Below, one piece after another: positions 10,470 through 20,668 of a stretch of 64,000 nt of DNA. The notes below the pieces were generated by a model. The model had not been told where the DNA came from. It did not search any database and worked only from the letters and a program-made list of their open reading frames with translations. The stretch lies in IMG/VR virus record IMGVR_UViG_3300014205_000176. One strand, written 5' to 3'. The translations under genes were made by a program, and so were the position numbers. Positions within the stretch are counted from its first letter, which is position 1, and every line of letters begins with the position of its first letter. The DNA is from a virus. Taxonomy: Duplodnaviria; Heunggongvirae; Uroviricota; Caudoviricetes.

Positions 10470-10534
10470 TGGCGGATGTGATGTATCCATAATCTCATAG
10501 GCAGCGTGTACCGAAACTAGGGTAGGAGTTATCA

Positions 10535-10810
10535 ATGACTGTAAAGCTCATCAGGCACACCAGCGAATGTGATCACTCAGACGATCCAATCATGCCATTC
10601 AAACTTGAGATGGTACTTAAGGTACCGGAGTTCATGGAGGTTACATGGGTTTGTCTTTATGGCGGAACAGAAGAAATTGTTGCGCGAGGAGATAGTGTTG
10701 AAGAACTGCATGCCTGGATGGAAGAGCACAGCCTCAAGACGCATCCACGAATGAGCAGATACGCAATAGCCAATAACGATGGCGTGGTCGTAGATTCATT
10801 TGATCGATGA
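10535..10810 (+). CDS. hypothetical protein
   Basis: 91-aa ORF. Confidence 0.35.
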   Translation: MTVKLIRHTSECDHSDDPIMPFKLEMVLKVPEFMEVTWVCLYGGTEEIVARGDSVEELHAWMEEHSLKTHPRMSRYAIANNDGVVVDSFDR

Positions 10811-11067
10811 GGCTCCAGATGGAAGCATACAAGAGTACGTGTAATAGTTGTGGCAAGTCTTACTTCTGGAACGGGTACAAGACTGGTATCGGGAAGACAG
10901 AATCTCAACTCGAACAGATGAAGAATGAGCGTACCATCTGTAAGTATTGCCAATCTCCCGACCTTGTTACAGAACTGGACCACGAAAGTGAAGAGGGTCA
11001 GTTACAAGATGAGTTTGCGGCCTTTACAGCTAACACTGTACTATCTATACTGTTTGGTAAACCATAA
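10807..11067 (+). CDS. hypothetical zinc-ribbon protein
   Basis: 'CNSCGKS...CKYCQSP'. Confidence 0.35.
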   Translation: MRLQMEAYKSTCNSCGKSYFWNGYKTGIGKTESQLEQMKNERTICKYCQSPDLVTELDHESEEGQLQDEFAAFTANTVLSILFGKP

Positions 11068-11145
11068 TCGCTACTAAAAAGCTTCTACTAAAGAGCATGT
11101 TGTCGCCTTCAAATACCAGAATTAATAGATGAAGAGGATGAAGAA

Positions 11146-11400
11146 ATGCCAGGACCAGTATCAGATTCTTATCACCCAGAGTTTTCAACCGGCGAGCGTG
11201 CCACCAGAGTGCGTGAAGCAATCATGAAGGTACGTGATAGGTTGACATCAATCCTCGGAGATAGGTTATTGAACATCGTTGATGTTGTTGATGGTAACTT
11301 CAAAAGCGCAAGGTCGAGGAAGTACATGCATCTGAGCTTTACTGAGCAAGAGCTGCGCACAATTCGATTTGCCCTAAACAGAACTATAGATTCTATATAG
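11146..11400 (+). CDS. hypothetical protein
   Basis: 84-aa ORF with a purine-rich stretch upstream. Confidence 0.35.
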   Translation: MPGPVSDSYHPEFSTGERATRVREAIMKVRDRLTSILGDRLLNIVDVVDGNFKSARSRKYMHLSFTEQELRTIRFALNRTIDSI

Positions 11401-12018
11401 CTCGGCGAACTTCATCAACCGATCCAAACGCGAAGCCACACGATTTCCACCAACATGTTGCTTCATATTGAAAGCTATCGCATCTTGTCTTGCCTTTGGC
11501 GATAAGTACATTCCATGAAGCTTCTCTTGCTGATTCAGATCAGAGTATTGAGGTATCGGAAAGAACTGTGCTGGGTCTTGTATCTGCCCATTCTTCCATA
11601 CTTGGAAATGACAATGCGGCCATGTCTTCTGTGCATTGCCGGTGTTGCCAACTGTACCTAGAACGGTATTGGAATCCACCTTCTGCCCCTTCTGAACGTT
11701 CGCGGTGGCCAGATGGGCGTAGTAGGTCTTGACTCCATCGGCGTGCTCAACGTTGACCACGTTGCCACCAAGCGGGTCTGTTCCAACGTTGGTGACAACA
11801 CCAGGTGAAATGGGGTACAATGGGGTGCCTATCGGAGCCCTTAAGTCCACACCCTGATGCTTCCCGCCAAAGCCACCAGAGTTCTGCCAAATTCCCTTGA
11901 TCGGCGCTTGGAATGACTGCAGAATTGGGGCTGGTGGATTGGCCTTAGGCTTGGGCAATTCGAAGTTGAACAGATCTAAATCTTCATTCTTTGGTAAAGA
12001 AACCACAAATACATTCAA
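11374..12018 (-). CDS. M23 family peptidase (lysostaphin-like, LytM domain)
   Basis: 'HQGVDLRAPIGTPLYPISPGVV' and 'YAHL...GTVGNTGN...HCHFQV' M23 metal-binding motifs. Confidence 0.75.
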   Translation of the reverse strand: MNVFVVSLPKNEDLDLFNFELPKPKANPPAPILQSFQAPIKGIWQNSGGFGGKHQGVDLRAPIGTPLYPISPGVVTNVGTDPLGGNVVNVEHADGVKTYYAHLATANVQKGQKVDSNTVLGTVGNTGNAQKTWPHCHFQVWKNGQIQDPAQFFPIPQYSDLNQQEKLHGMYLSPKARQDAIAFNMKQHVGGNRVASRLDRLMKFAELYRIYSSV

Positions 12019-12027
12019 TAATATCCC

Positions 12028-12861
12028 ATGAGTATTGGCCCAAAGGATATGGCTTGGTTGGAGATTATGACAATACTATATCGTCCAGTTGGTTTCAAGG
12101 AACTTCGCCTCATCGCTGATTCTGGATTCCGATCATTTCCGCCGCGCCTTCCTGAGCAACCGTTCTTCTATCCTGTACTGAGTGTTGAGTACGCCAGGAA
12201 GATTGCCCATGACTGGAACACGAAGGATGAGTTCTCTGAATACATCGGTTGCGTTGTTCAGTTCGAGGTTGATGAGGCTGCCATCCAACGCTACCCAGCC
12301 CAGATTGCCGGAGGATCTCTGCATCAAGAGCTTCAAATCCCAGCGGAAGAATTGGTGGAATTCAACTCCAACATCATAGGAACTATCAAAGTTATAGAGA
12401 AATATATCGGAGAGAAGGCTGTTGGGGCTGAGTCTGATGACTTCCTATCCAAGACAAAAGCGGATGAAGTGGAGTGGATACAGGAGCTATCTATAGGATC
12501 TGATTGGAATATTAAACACTGTGACTTCTTACTAGACCCAGAGATAATGCAATCATTTGAAGATCTGGCTGCGTCATATATCAATAGGCATTCTATGTCT
12601 TCAAAATGGAATAAGAAGATAGATTATGCTGGAGTTAGGTTCTCTTTTGGAATGGCCTATCACGGGAATGATCTGAGTGTGTGGAGCGCAGGGCTTTCTC
12701 TTGAGGCTTCAATTCCTTACGGTAATTTCCTGAAGCCAGAGACAAAGGAGAATCTATCTCGTGAGTTCAAGCGCGTCTGTGACTTAATGATTGCCAGTGA
12801 ACTACCCACAGGACGAGCCTGTGGGCTTCCTTTCGGCCCTTCGGGCATCAAGGAATTTTAA
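12028..12861 (+). CDS. hypothetical protein (weak ADP-ribosyltransferase-like R ... QxE hints)
   Basis: 277-aa ORF with 'LYRPVGF' and 'VQFEVDE'; assignment not secure. Confidence 0.4.
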   Translation: MSIGPKDMAWLEIMTILYRPVGFKELRLIADSGFRSFPPRLPEQPFFYPVLSVEYARKIAHDWNTKDEFSEYIGCVVQFEVDEAAIQRYPAQIAGGSLHQELQIPAEELVEFNSNIIGTIKVIEKYIGEKAVGAESDDFLSKTKADEVEWIQELSIGSDWNIKHCDFLLDPEIMQSFEDLAASYINRHSMSSKWNKKIDYAGVRFSFGMAYHGNDLSVWSAGLSLEASIPYGNFLKPETKENLSREFKRVCDLMIASELPTGRACGLPFGPSGIKEF

Positions 12862-12958
12862 TTCGGCCTGTTCCACCATATAGATTTGGTCAAGCGAGCT
12901 AAGGTGTTGAAGAGATTGATTGGTGATAGATTAGATTCTGAAATATTTGTGGAGATAG

Positions 12959-13606
12959 ATGGAACCTGAAGAACCAAAGGTAGAGTTAAATGTTGATGGG
13001 ATGCACGATCCTAATCACGACATCACCTACATCGGCAAAGCCACCAAGATGGAAGATGGTACTTGGCGCTGCCTTGCTAACGTCGAGGGCGCACTCTGTT
13101 TGGTTGAGGTGAACATCAGGCCAAGCAAGGAAGACTTACGTGCCTCAGTGTTCTGCTGTTCCTTTTGTGGGAAGTCGAGCGCGGAGTGTGAAATTCTCAT
13201 CGCTGGGCCAATGGTAAACATTTGCAATGAGTGCATTGAATTGGCTCAGGATTGCGTGGACGATCAGAGGGCGAAGAAGACAGAGGGTAATTCTCCAGTC
13301 AGCTTTGTTGGTCACATCAAATCCGATTCGCCTTGTGAGACATGCCGCAATTGCATCCCTCCATTCAATTCAGTAGCGCCTTGGTGGAAGGGAAGTTGCA
13401 CCGAAGGGTTGGGCCTCAAGACGAAGGTCAAGACGTGCCCGCTCTACATCGAGGCCGAATGGAAGAAGCCTTTCGTGCCGCCGCTGGGAGAGTTCAGCGG
13501 CTGCCGATGCCCTGATTGTCCCGAGCGCGAAGGGACTGGCGAATGTTCCTGCTGTGCTGAGCGCCGAGACGAAGAAAAGAACCCCGGGCCGGACCCTTTT
13601 GTGTAA
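12959..13606 (+). CDS. ClpX-type C4 zinc-finger domain protein with Cys-rich C-terminus
   Basis: 'VFCCSFCGKSSAECEILIAGPMVNICNECIELAQDCV' closely resembles the ClpX N-terminal zinc-binding domain. Confidence 0.55.
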   Translation: MEPEEPKVELNVDGMHDPNHDITYIGKATKMEDGTWRCLANVEGALCLVEVNIRPSKEDLRASVFCCSFCGKSSAECEILIAGPMVNICNECIELAQDCVDDQRAKKTEGNSPVSFVGHIKSDSPCETCRNCIPPFNSVAPWWKGSCTEGLGLKTKVKTCPLYIEAEWKKPFVPPLGEFSGCRCPDCPEREGTGECSCCAERRDEEKNPGPDPFV

Positions 13607-13646
13607 TGACTTGACCAGTAAAGCCGACCAGTGATACCCTGCCCGA

Positions 13647-13937
13647 ATGCCTGATGACCAGGAAGTCAAGTACAAGTTGGCACAGCGTCAGTTGACTGAC
13701 GCTGAGGTCAAGCTCAGAAGCTACGCCGTTCTCGAAGCCAAGATCCTCATCCTGCTTCACAACCAAGGAGACCAGGATGTAGACGTTCTCGCCACCAAGC
13801 TCGGCTTCAAAGACGACATCGAGGCCAAAAGACCCTTACGCCTCGCCCTAGGAAGCCTCGTAAAAAAGGGACTCATCCGCCCTTCCTCTTGCGTAATCCC
13901 AGGAATCGCCGTCATAGACGACATCCGCCCAAGCTAA
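13647..13937 (+). CDS. hypothetical protein
   Basis: 96-aa ORF. Confidence 0.3.
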   Translation: MPDDQEVKYKLAQRQLTDAEVKLRSYAVLEAKILILLHNQGDQDVDVLATKLGFKDDIEAKRPLRLALGSLVKKGLIRPSSCVIPGIAVIDDIRPS

Positions 13938-13942
13938 CCATC

Positions 13943-14737
13943 ATGCCATACGGAACTCTCAATGCCGCCCAAGAAGAATGCTTGAAGAAGTTGGTGGCCG
14001 GTAAGGTTGTCTACGATCTTGGAGCTGGAGATTTGGTATTGGCGCACAAGCTCCTTGAACTGGGCGCTGCTAAAGTCGTTGCGATTGAGAAGGAACTCTT
14101 CTTTATTGACAACGTAGCCCCCGAGATTGAGGTTAGGCAACAATACTTCCAGCATATGGATGAGGACATGGACATCGCATTCGTAAGCTGGCCCGCAAAT
14201 TACGACAATGGATTGCGGGAAATTCTGAAGCGAACAAAAACAATAATCTATCTTGGTAAAAATACAGACGGATCAATGTGTGGAACTCCAGCTCTCTTCG
14301 AATACTTATCCACAAGGAAGATAGAAGAGCACGTTCCGTCCCGAGCAAACACTTTCATCTGCTACACCGATACCTTGGACAAGCCAAGGCACACCGCATG
14401 GCTACTGCAGGAAGAGGAAGCGGCCATCAATGCCAATGTTCACGCCGAGCCGGTTCGATACAAGAACCCCAGGTGCCAGCATATAGATGGTTGCCGCGAG
14501 GAGAGTTGGGACCATCCAGAAAAAGGTATGCTGTGCCTTTGTCAGGAGCACGCCGAGCTGGTCTTTGCTGGCATTGAGAAGGCCCCACCGCTGCGTAGGA
14601 ATAGGGACTATCAAGCAGTGGGTAGGAAGACCTTCTTGATTGATGGGGATGGTCCAATCGCCAGTACGGATTTCAGCAGCATTCCAATAGAAGAATCTTT
14701 GAAAATCTTAGAAGGCTTCGCAACCATACTTAAATGA
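13943..14737 (+). CDS. putative class I SAM-dependent methyltransferase-like protein with Cys-rich C-terminus
   Basis: Gly-rich Rossmann motif 'VVYDLGAGDLVLA'; start moved to the internal ATG after the upstream stop. Confidence 0.35.
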   Translation: MPYGTLNAAQEECLKKLVAGKVVYDLGAGDLVLAHKLLELGAAKVVAIEKELFFIDNVAPEIEVRQQYFQHMDEDMDIAFVSWPANYDNGLREILKRTKTIIYLGKNTDGSMCGTPALFEYLSTRKIEEHVPSRANTFICYTDTLDKPRHTAWLLQEEEAAINANVHAEPVRYKNPRCQHIDGCREESWDHPEKGMLCLCQEHAELVFAGIEKAPPLRRNRDYQAVGRKTFLIDGDGPIASTDFSSIPIEESLKILEGFATILK

Positions 14738-15114
14738 GAATCCTTTTCCTAGACGATAACCCGGCTCGCCATGACATAATGGATGCTCAATATCCATTGG
14801 ACGAGATCATCCACGTCTACGATATCGATACGTACCGAGATGCGCTGGAGAAGTACGACCACTTCGACATGATCAGCTTGGACCATGACCTGAATGATTT
14901 CGAACACCGCAGCTACATGGGTGATAGCGATCTGACGGGTAGGGATGCTTGTGGCTACCTGATGAAGTACTTACATAAGGCTCCAGCAGTAATCCACATT
15001 CATTCCTCTAACGAAGAGGGGGCTCGGGACATGGCTGAATTCCTGGATAGCCGCGGTGTAAAGAACAGATGGAAGATGTTTCCCGTGGAATTTGTAGAGG
15101 AATCAGAGACCTAG
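14734..15114 (+). CDS. stand-alone receiver (CheY-like REC) domain protein
   Basis: 'MRILFLDDN', 'FDMISLDHDL', 'AVIHIHSSNEEGA' match the REC acidic pocket and phospho-acceptor layout. Confidence 0.45.
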   Translation: MRILFLDDNPARHDIMDAQYPLDEIIHVYDIDTYRDALEKYDHFDMISLDHDLNDFEHRSYMGDSDLTGRDACGYLMKYLHKAPAVIHIHSSNEEGARDMAEFLDSRGVKNRWKMFPVEFVEESET

Positions 15115-15264
15115 CGCATATTCTATTATGAGGATATGGGCCTACCTACTCTTGAAAAGACATGGCAATATAACGTAAACCAGTATATAGCTCCAGGGGC
15201 TGATGTTACTGCAGATCGCCGGAACTTGTGGTTTCTAATAAAGCAATCACTAACTGGGTTCGCG

Positions 15265-15717
15265 TCAAACCCATAAATCCGAGACCCAGACGTCCACATC
15301 ATCAGCTTGGGTTACAATCAGGCGGCGCGAGAACTCATCGTTGTGCCAGAGCAATCCATTGAACAGCTTGTGCTGAACTGGTTTGACGAAGTGAGATTGG
15401 ACTAGAGTTCGAACTTCCCCAAGCTTTGTGCAGCGTAGCGAACGCCCAAGGAACTCTCTCAATTCTTCTGGGTAGTCTCGGTTCTTTGGGATGGGTTTGT
15501 TGAGCTTTGTCAGCGCCCAATGCACGTCCTCGATGTAGCCGGCTAGACCTACTGTTGGGCTGAGGTCAGGGATATTGGGAATCTCTGTAGTGGATTCGTA
15601 TGTATCTGTTTCAACTCCAAGCAACCAAAAGCCGCGGCGAGAATAGTCCAGCACTTCCGTTTCTGGATATCCATCACGGTGTCGTACGTAGAATTTTCGG
15701 GCCTTGAGATCATACAT
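15265..15717 (-). CDS. hypothetical protein
   Basis: 150-aa ORF; start of a minus-strand block. Confidence 0.4.
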   Translation of the reverse strand: MYDLKARKFYVRHRDGYPETEVLDYSRRGFWLLGVETDTYESTTEIPNIPDLSPTVGLAGYIEDVHWALTKLNKPIPKNRDYPEELREFLGRSLRCTKLGEVRTLVQSHFVKPVQHKLFNGLLWHNDEFSRRLIVTQADDVDVWVSDLWV

Positions 15718-15732
15718 TGTTTTACCAAAGAG

Positions 15733-16047
15733 TTATAACATGTCTTTCGGGAAGTCTGGCATCGGCACGGTCTGTCCTGCAAATTGATGTTTCGAATCTG
15801 CGCAGAACTCAATCTTACCTGCGTGAATGAAGTAGTGGCAAGAGCCAACGTGATTGATGGACGGATTGAAGGTTGGGGCTTCTAGGTTGCCATCGAACGT
15901 CCAGATTGCGCCGAGTCTGTTGGGCTTTTCGGTGTTGATGAGGTGCATCTGCTCGCAGCCTGGACACCAGTGTAGGTAGCACAGCCCGAAGCATTCCGTC
16001 CAGGATTCGTGGGATTCGGCCAGCACCGGGCTGAGCAGCTTAATCAT
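15733..16047 (-). CDS. hypothetical Cys/His-rich protein
   Basis: 'CYLHWCPGCEQMH...CHYFIH'. Confidence 0.35.
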   Translation of the reverse strand: MIKLLSPVLAESHESWTECFGLCYLHWCPGCEQMHLINTEKPNRLGAIWTFDGNLEAPTFNPSINHVGSCHYFIHAGKIEFCADSKHQFAGQTVPMPDFPKDML

Positions 16048-16708
16048 GGGAAGGAGCCGTTGGGTTCCAGTGGAATTCAGGGGAGCCTACGAGCAGAGCT
16101 TCCGGATCGACCCACTCCATGAGCTTCCTGGTGGTCTGGTAGCTCCAAGTAATATCGCCTGTACCGGTTGCGATTGCGTTCTTGTCACGTCCTCCACCGC
16201 CATGTAGAGCAACGTGCTTATCGTTTGGAGTTTCTAGCAAGAACTCAACGTGGTTGTTGTTAGAGCCTGGCGTGTAGTAATGCATTGAAGCGCCGAGCAC
16301 TGGAGGTCCGTCCTTAGGATAGGTGCGCAGAGCTTTCAAATCGATGGCAATTTGTCTAACCCAAGCGATTGCCATGCCGGTCTTGTACGGACGCTTTAGC
16401 AGTTCGTGTTGAACTCCAGCCAACCACCAAACACCAAGCATAAACATTCCGCAGTTCGTTGTGATCTGTACGACCTGATTCGGATCATCGACTTGGCGAG
16501 CGGTTAGAAGTGCCAAGTCTTCTTTGTTGTGGATTAGCGAATCACCAATGTAGCTCTTTACAATTTCAACAATGTCATTCGGGGTTGCCATACTTGGATA
16601 CGGCAATATGGGTTGGCCGGATGATTGGTCGAAACCAAAAATCTTGCCAAAGCTCGGATGGCTCGGGAAAGCTACACACTCTTCTGACGATTGAAACATT
16701 GACACCAA
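16040..16708 (-). CDS. hypothetical protein (possible cysteine peptidase-like)
   Basis: 222-aa ORF, 'TNCGMFMLGVWW'; no firm family assignment. Confidence 0.35.
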   Translation of the reverse strand: MVSMFQSSEECVAFPSHPSFGKIFGFDQSSGQPILPYPSMATPNDIVEIVKSYIGDSLIHNKEDLALLTARQVDDPNQVVQITTNCGMFMLGVWWLAGVQHELLKRPYKTGMAIAWVRQIAIDLKALRTYPKDGPPVLGASMHYYTPGSNNNHVEFLLETPNDKHVALHGGGGRDKNAIATGTGDITWSYQTTRKLMEWVDPEALLVGSPEFHWNPTAPSHD

Positions 16709-16733
16709 GTTATTTTTACGATACGATATTTAG

Positions 16734-18422
16734 ATGTTGACAAATTCTGCCAAAAGAGTTGCTGACACAATTGTTCACACCCTTATTTCATCTAATATAA
16801 ATCACTTCTTTGGAGTTCCAGGAGGCCCAATCTCTCCCATATTCGATGCCATTCTGGGCAACACCACTGCGACACTCATCGAATCGCGGCAAGAAACAGG
16901 CGCTGCCTTTGCCGCTGGGGGCTACAATCGCATCAGTGGACACGTTCCATGCGTCATGGTCACAGCTGGACCTGGAGCTACCAATGTAGTGACTGGTGTG
17001 ACAGCGGCTTACCTAGAGCATACCCCAATGATCGTGCTGGCTGGAGACGTTTCATGGACGAAGGGGGGCCGGATGCTTCAAGACTCTGGACCGCAGGGCA
17101 TTGATATGGAAGGAATGTTTCGCGGAGTTACCAAAGCTACTATTCGCATTCGACAAGCCAAGTCTGCTGCAGCTCATGTGATGGCTGCGATCCAAATTGC
17201 AACCAATCCTAATAACCCTGGCCCGGTTTTGATTGTTATTGCAATTGAAGTAGCATCTGAATTGGAAGTCACACCAGAAACTCAAATGATGGCATGCTAC
17301 TTGGACTACCGAATCAGTCAGGCAACTGTAGAAATGATTCGAGACAAGATAATCAATGCAGAGCGACCATTGCTAGTATTGGGAGCTGGGTGTCGGCCAT
17401 TTGCGCAATCTTTAGAGACGCTGCTATCTATCTTCAAAGTTCCGTTCGTTACTACGCCGAGAGGTAAAGGAGTTGTCAGCGAGTCCCACTCTTGTTCTTT
17501 GAGGCACGGTGGGCTGGCTGCTTCAATGTGGGCGCGTGAGTATTGTCAAAGGGGTGTTGACTTCGCATTGGTTTTGGGAACTGATCTTGACGATTGTTCT
17601 ATAGGCCCTACCAAGTACATCCGAGAAGGTGGAGAGTTGGTACATGTGGATTTGGATTCCACGGTCTTCAATCGTAACCTACCAACCACACTGGGATTGG
17701 TGACAAATGTTGGTAGTCTTCTCAACCAATTAATTGTGGCTACCTTCGATATGGCTATCAATCTGAAGGATGAGGTGCGAGAGATTAAGTCGCACTCTGC
17801 TTTCGACGTTTGGGATTTTGAGACTCAGCCCAGCGTCATCATCACACCATACAGAGCCATCTTTGATCTTCAAACTGCTTGCCCAGATGCACGTTTCGTT
17901 ACCGATATTGGGGAGCACATGCTTTTTGCACTACACTACCTAACGGCTACGAATCCCCAACAATTCACCATTCATTTAGGATTGGGAAGCATGGGGTCTG
18001 GTATTTGCTCAGCGATTGGAATGGCCATTGCTGATAGGGGAACGGGAGTAATTTGCATATGTGGAGATGGTGGAATGCAAATGAATGGTATGGAGGTGAT
18101 AACCGCAAAGATGCAGCGTCTTCCAATTCTGTTCGCGATATTTAATGACTCCAGATACAATATGGTATATCATGGTTACAAACAAGTCTACGGGAAAGAA
18201 ACACCAGTCGAAACTCCATTGATTGATTTTCGATCATGGGGGCTATCGATGGGGATTGCCTCTGAGCGCATCAATCATTCTGGTGAAATAACACCAAATT
18301 TAATTGGTGCTCTCATGCATGATGGACCGGCAATATTGGACATCAGGATTGACCGAAACTTTCACATTGCTGGCGGTGGAAGAAATGAAGCGCTACAACT
18401 AATGAGTCAACCGGAGAAATAA
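16734..18422 (+). CDS. thiamine-diphosphate-dependent enzyme (acetolactate synthase large subunit-like)
   Basis: N-terminal Pyr domain ('GVPGGPISPIFDAI...VTAGPGATNVVTGV...MIVLAGDV') and ThDP-binding motif 'GDGGMQMNGMEV...N'. Confidence 0.75.
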   Translation: MLTNSAKRVADTIVHTLISSNINHFFGVPGGPISPIFDAILGNTTATLIESRQETGAAFAAGGYNRISGHVPCVMVTAGPGATNVVTGVTAAYLEHTPMIVLAGDVSWTKGGRMLQDSGPQGIDMEGMFRGVTKATIRIRQAKSAAAHVMAAIQIATNPNNPGPVLIVIAIEVASELEVTPETQMMACYLDYRISQATVEMIRDKIINAERPLLVLGAGCRPFAQSLETLLSIFKVPFVTTPRGKGVVSESHSCSLRHGGLAASMWAREYCQRGVDFALVLGTDLDDCSIGPTKYIREGGELVHVDLDSTVFNRNLPTTLGLVTNVGSLLNQLIVATFDMAINLKDEVREIKSHSAFDVWDFETQPSVIITPYRAIFDLQTACPDARFVTDIGEHMLFALHYLTATNPQQFTIHLGLGSMGSGICSAIGMAIADRGTGVICICGDGGMQMNGMEVITAKMQRLPILFAIFNDSRYNMVYHGYKQVYGKETPVETPLIDFRSWGLSMGIASERINHSGEITPNLIGALMHDGPAILDIRIDRNFHIAGGGRNEALQLMSQPEK

Positions 18423-18423
18423 G

Positions 18424-19494
18424 ATGATACAAGCAAAAATCGCAGGTATGGGGCAATGGATTCCGGAAGAAGTTCGCACAAATGATGCGTGGCCATTAGG
18501 TTTCGCCGAGTTATCAAAGGCGTCATCTCAACGAGAACTGATCGATATTGAACAAAAAGCATCTTGTTTAGCTGATGAAATCACTTTACGAAACATGAAT
18601 GCTGAGGCCGGAGATCCTTTTCTTGGGGCTTGTGAACGTCGAATCGCTTCACCCGACATAACTCCCGCCGAGGCTGCAACTCATGCTGCCAGAGCAGCTA
18701 TCAAAGATGCTGGTGTAGACCCAAAAGATATCGATGCGGTACTATCATGGGATGCCGTACCCGAGCTTGTTGGACCATCATCATCTTCGCGTGTGGCTTA
18801 TTTAGTAGGCGCTCATAATGCGTATGGTGTGGGTATTGATGTGGCCTGCGCTTCGTTTATTAGCCAACTTGATTTGGCATCGGCGCTCATCAAAGCTGAA
18901 CATGCTAAGACAATTCTATTGACTCAAACGCACTTTATGACGCGGCCAATCAAGATGATGCATCCTGCATCTCCGACAGTCGGTGATATTGCCACAGCAG
19001 CTGTTGTTACAGCACAAACAGATTTAAGCAAGGGCATTTTACCAATGCATGCACGCAGCTATGGAGAAGCTTATTATGCCGTACTGTGGACTCGTGGCCA
19101 GAAAGTACAAAATACATGGTATCAAAAAGGTGGCGATTTCTATCTGGGAACAGCAGATTTAGATATAGTTCGAGAGTTGGTGCGAACCACCGTGCGTGGT
19201 GCCTCTGAGATGATTCTAGAGACTTTGGCAAAAAGCAATTGTCCTTTGGATGAGGTTAGTGCGCTGATTAGTATTCAACCTCGCAAATGGATTCCAGCGG
19301 CTATAGCTGAAGCGGCTGGGATTAAAGCTCCAGCTCCAACCACATTTGATAGGTTCTGTCACATTGGTGGTTGTGGCCTAGTGGCAAATCTTATTAAGGC
19401 CCGAGAAATGGGATTACTCACACCACAAGCGAAAACTATATTGTTCGGACAAGGAGCTGGATTTATCAAAGCCGCAATGCTAATTTTGTGGTGA
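18424..19494 (+). CDS. 3-oxoacyl-ACP synthase III (FabH)-like / thiolase-fold condensing enzyme
   Basis: 'GIDVACASFISQLDLA' active-site Cys context; 356 aa; 1-nt gap after the ThDP enzyme gene suggests co-translation. Confidence 0.55.
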   Translation: MIQAKIAGMGQWIPEEVRTNDAWPLGFAELSKASSQRELIDIEQKASCLADEITLRNMNAEAGDPFLGACERRIASPDITPAEAATHAARAAIKDAGVDPKDIDAVLSWDAVPELVGPSSSSRVAYLVGAHNAYGVGIDVACASFISQLDLASALIKAEHAKTILLTQTHFMTRPIKMMHPASPTVGDIATAAVVTAQTDLSKGILPMHARSYGEAYYAVLWTRGQKVQNTWYQKGGDFYLGTADLDIVRELVRTTVRGASEMILETLAKSNCPLDEVSALISIQPRKWIPAAIAEAAGIKAPAPTTFDRFCHIGGCGLVANLIKAREMGLLTPQAKTILFGQGAGFIKAAMLILW

Positions 19495-19529
19495 TGACTG
19501 ATTGGCCGGTCAGAATGTTTGATATCCTC

Positions 19530-19826
19530 TTATACCAAAGGAAGTTTTAGTTGATTTCCATTGCTATGTCGTGCTGAACAGGCCATCTTGATTTTCTGGA
19601 TTTCTACGTCTAGTACTTCAGTTCTCTTTTCCAGTGCTTCAATTTTCTTTAACGATGTTTCATAGAGCTTTATAGCCCATGGTGGTGGTTCATTAGAGGC
19701 GAGTTGAGATTCTATACGCTGCATAGCTCCGACAAGATAAGCTAATACATCATCTTGACTAATCATTGGTCCATTTGGGTTCGTTGGCAGTTCTGAATCG
19801 GTCATGATACTTTCTCCTTGTAGCAT
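19530..19826 (-). CDS. hypothetical coiled-coil protein
   Basis: 98-aa ORF convergent with the FabH-like gene. Confidence 0.4.
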   Translation of the reverse strand: MLQGESIMTDSELPTNPNGPMISQDDVLAYLVGAMQRIESQLASNEPPPWAIKLYETSLKKIEALEKRTEVLDVEIQKIKMACSARHSNGNQLKLPLV

Positions 19827-20433
19827 ACGATAATATTATATCGTCTGTAATAATCTAACTAATAAATTTCAATTCTTTCATTGAGAACATAGTAATTAAC
19901 CTCTGGGGACTTTACAATATTGAAATATAACATTTCAAATATGAACTTACCGTACGGCTGACCGATTGACGTGGATGTAGTCCGTTCTACCTCCAAAGAT
20001 CGGATCCTTTCTCAATAAACTTGACTACTAAACGCCAGATAGATAACTTGCTCGGCACATTGGGAAATGCGTTCGGAGACCGAATCCGGGGAGACTGCTT
20101 GCTTAGGGAGCCGGGTAGATGGTCTGAGGAGGCCGGGTGGATTCGACACTGCTAGTGATCAGCAACTTCGATTTGATAAAATTCGGATGTCCTCATTGCG
20201 GGTCTCTGGAGGGTGGAATATTTATCGAGAATGGAACCTGCTCTATTTGGAGTTGTGGGAATTGTGCAAAGGACTGTGCTGTGGTTGGAAAATCTATCGA
20301 AGAGGTTGCACAATTCACTCTTCGGAATACTGACATCAAAGATCTGATTGGAAATCATCCGTACCAAAATGGGGATTGCCAAATCAATTCCTATGCTTTG
20401 CGGATGAATAATCTTCCAATTGGTTAATTACTT

Positions 20434-20484
20434 AGGCTCATTGCTAATTGGATGCGGTTCTCGGTTCGAATCCGAGTGGGCCTA
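20434..20484 (+). ncRNA. tRNA-like minihelix (acceptor stem plus T-arm only); candidate Y-RNA-like (YrlA-type) module or tRNA remnant
   Basis: AGGCTCA (20434-40) pairs with TGGGCCT (20477-83); T-arm CTCGG-TTCGAAT-CCGAG (20460-76); discriminator A; no D or anticodon arm between. Confidence 0.3.
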
Positions 20485-20668
20485 CTTCACATGCAGTCTT
20501 AACTTTTCGCCGAAGGAGACAGGCTGCATGTGATTTTTCTATCCTGTGCTGATATTTATTCATTACCAAAAAGTATTGATATAGATATTGTGCGGGTTGA
20601 TTCCCGTTCACTAATAACAAGCCCATAAAACGCTCTGTTGGAGCAGCATGGGTTCGTAGAGGTATATC

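Noticed and set aside
20099-20490. A complete tmRNA (GGCCGGG-TGGATTCGAC 5' end plus a T-arm/acceptor 3' end at 20460-20484)
   Set aside because: The 3' strand TGGGCCT at 20477-83 is not complementary to the 5' candidates at 20099-20127. No tag-peptide reading frame ending in ALAA-like residues was found at the expected position. The perfectly complementary 3' strand lies 2.7 kb away, so a simple tmRNA call is unsupported.
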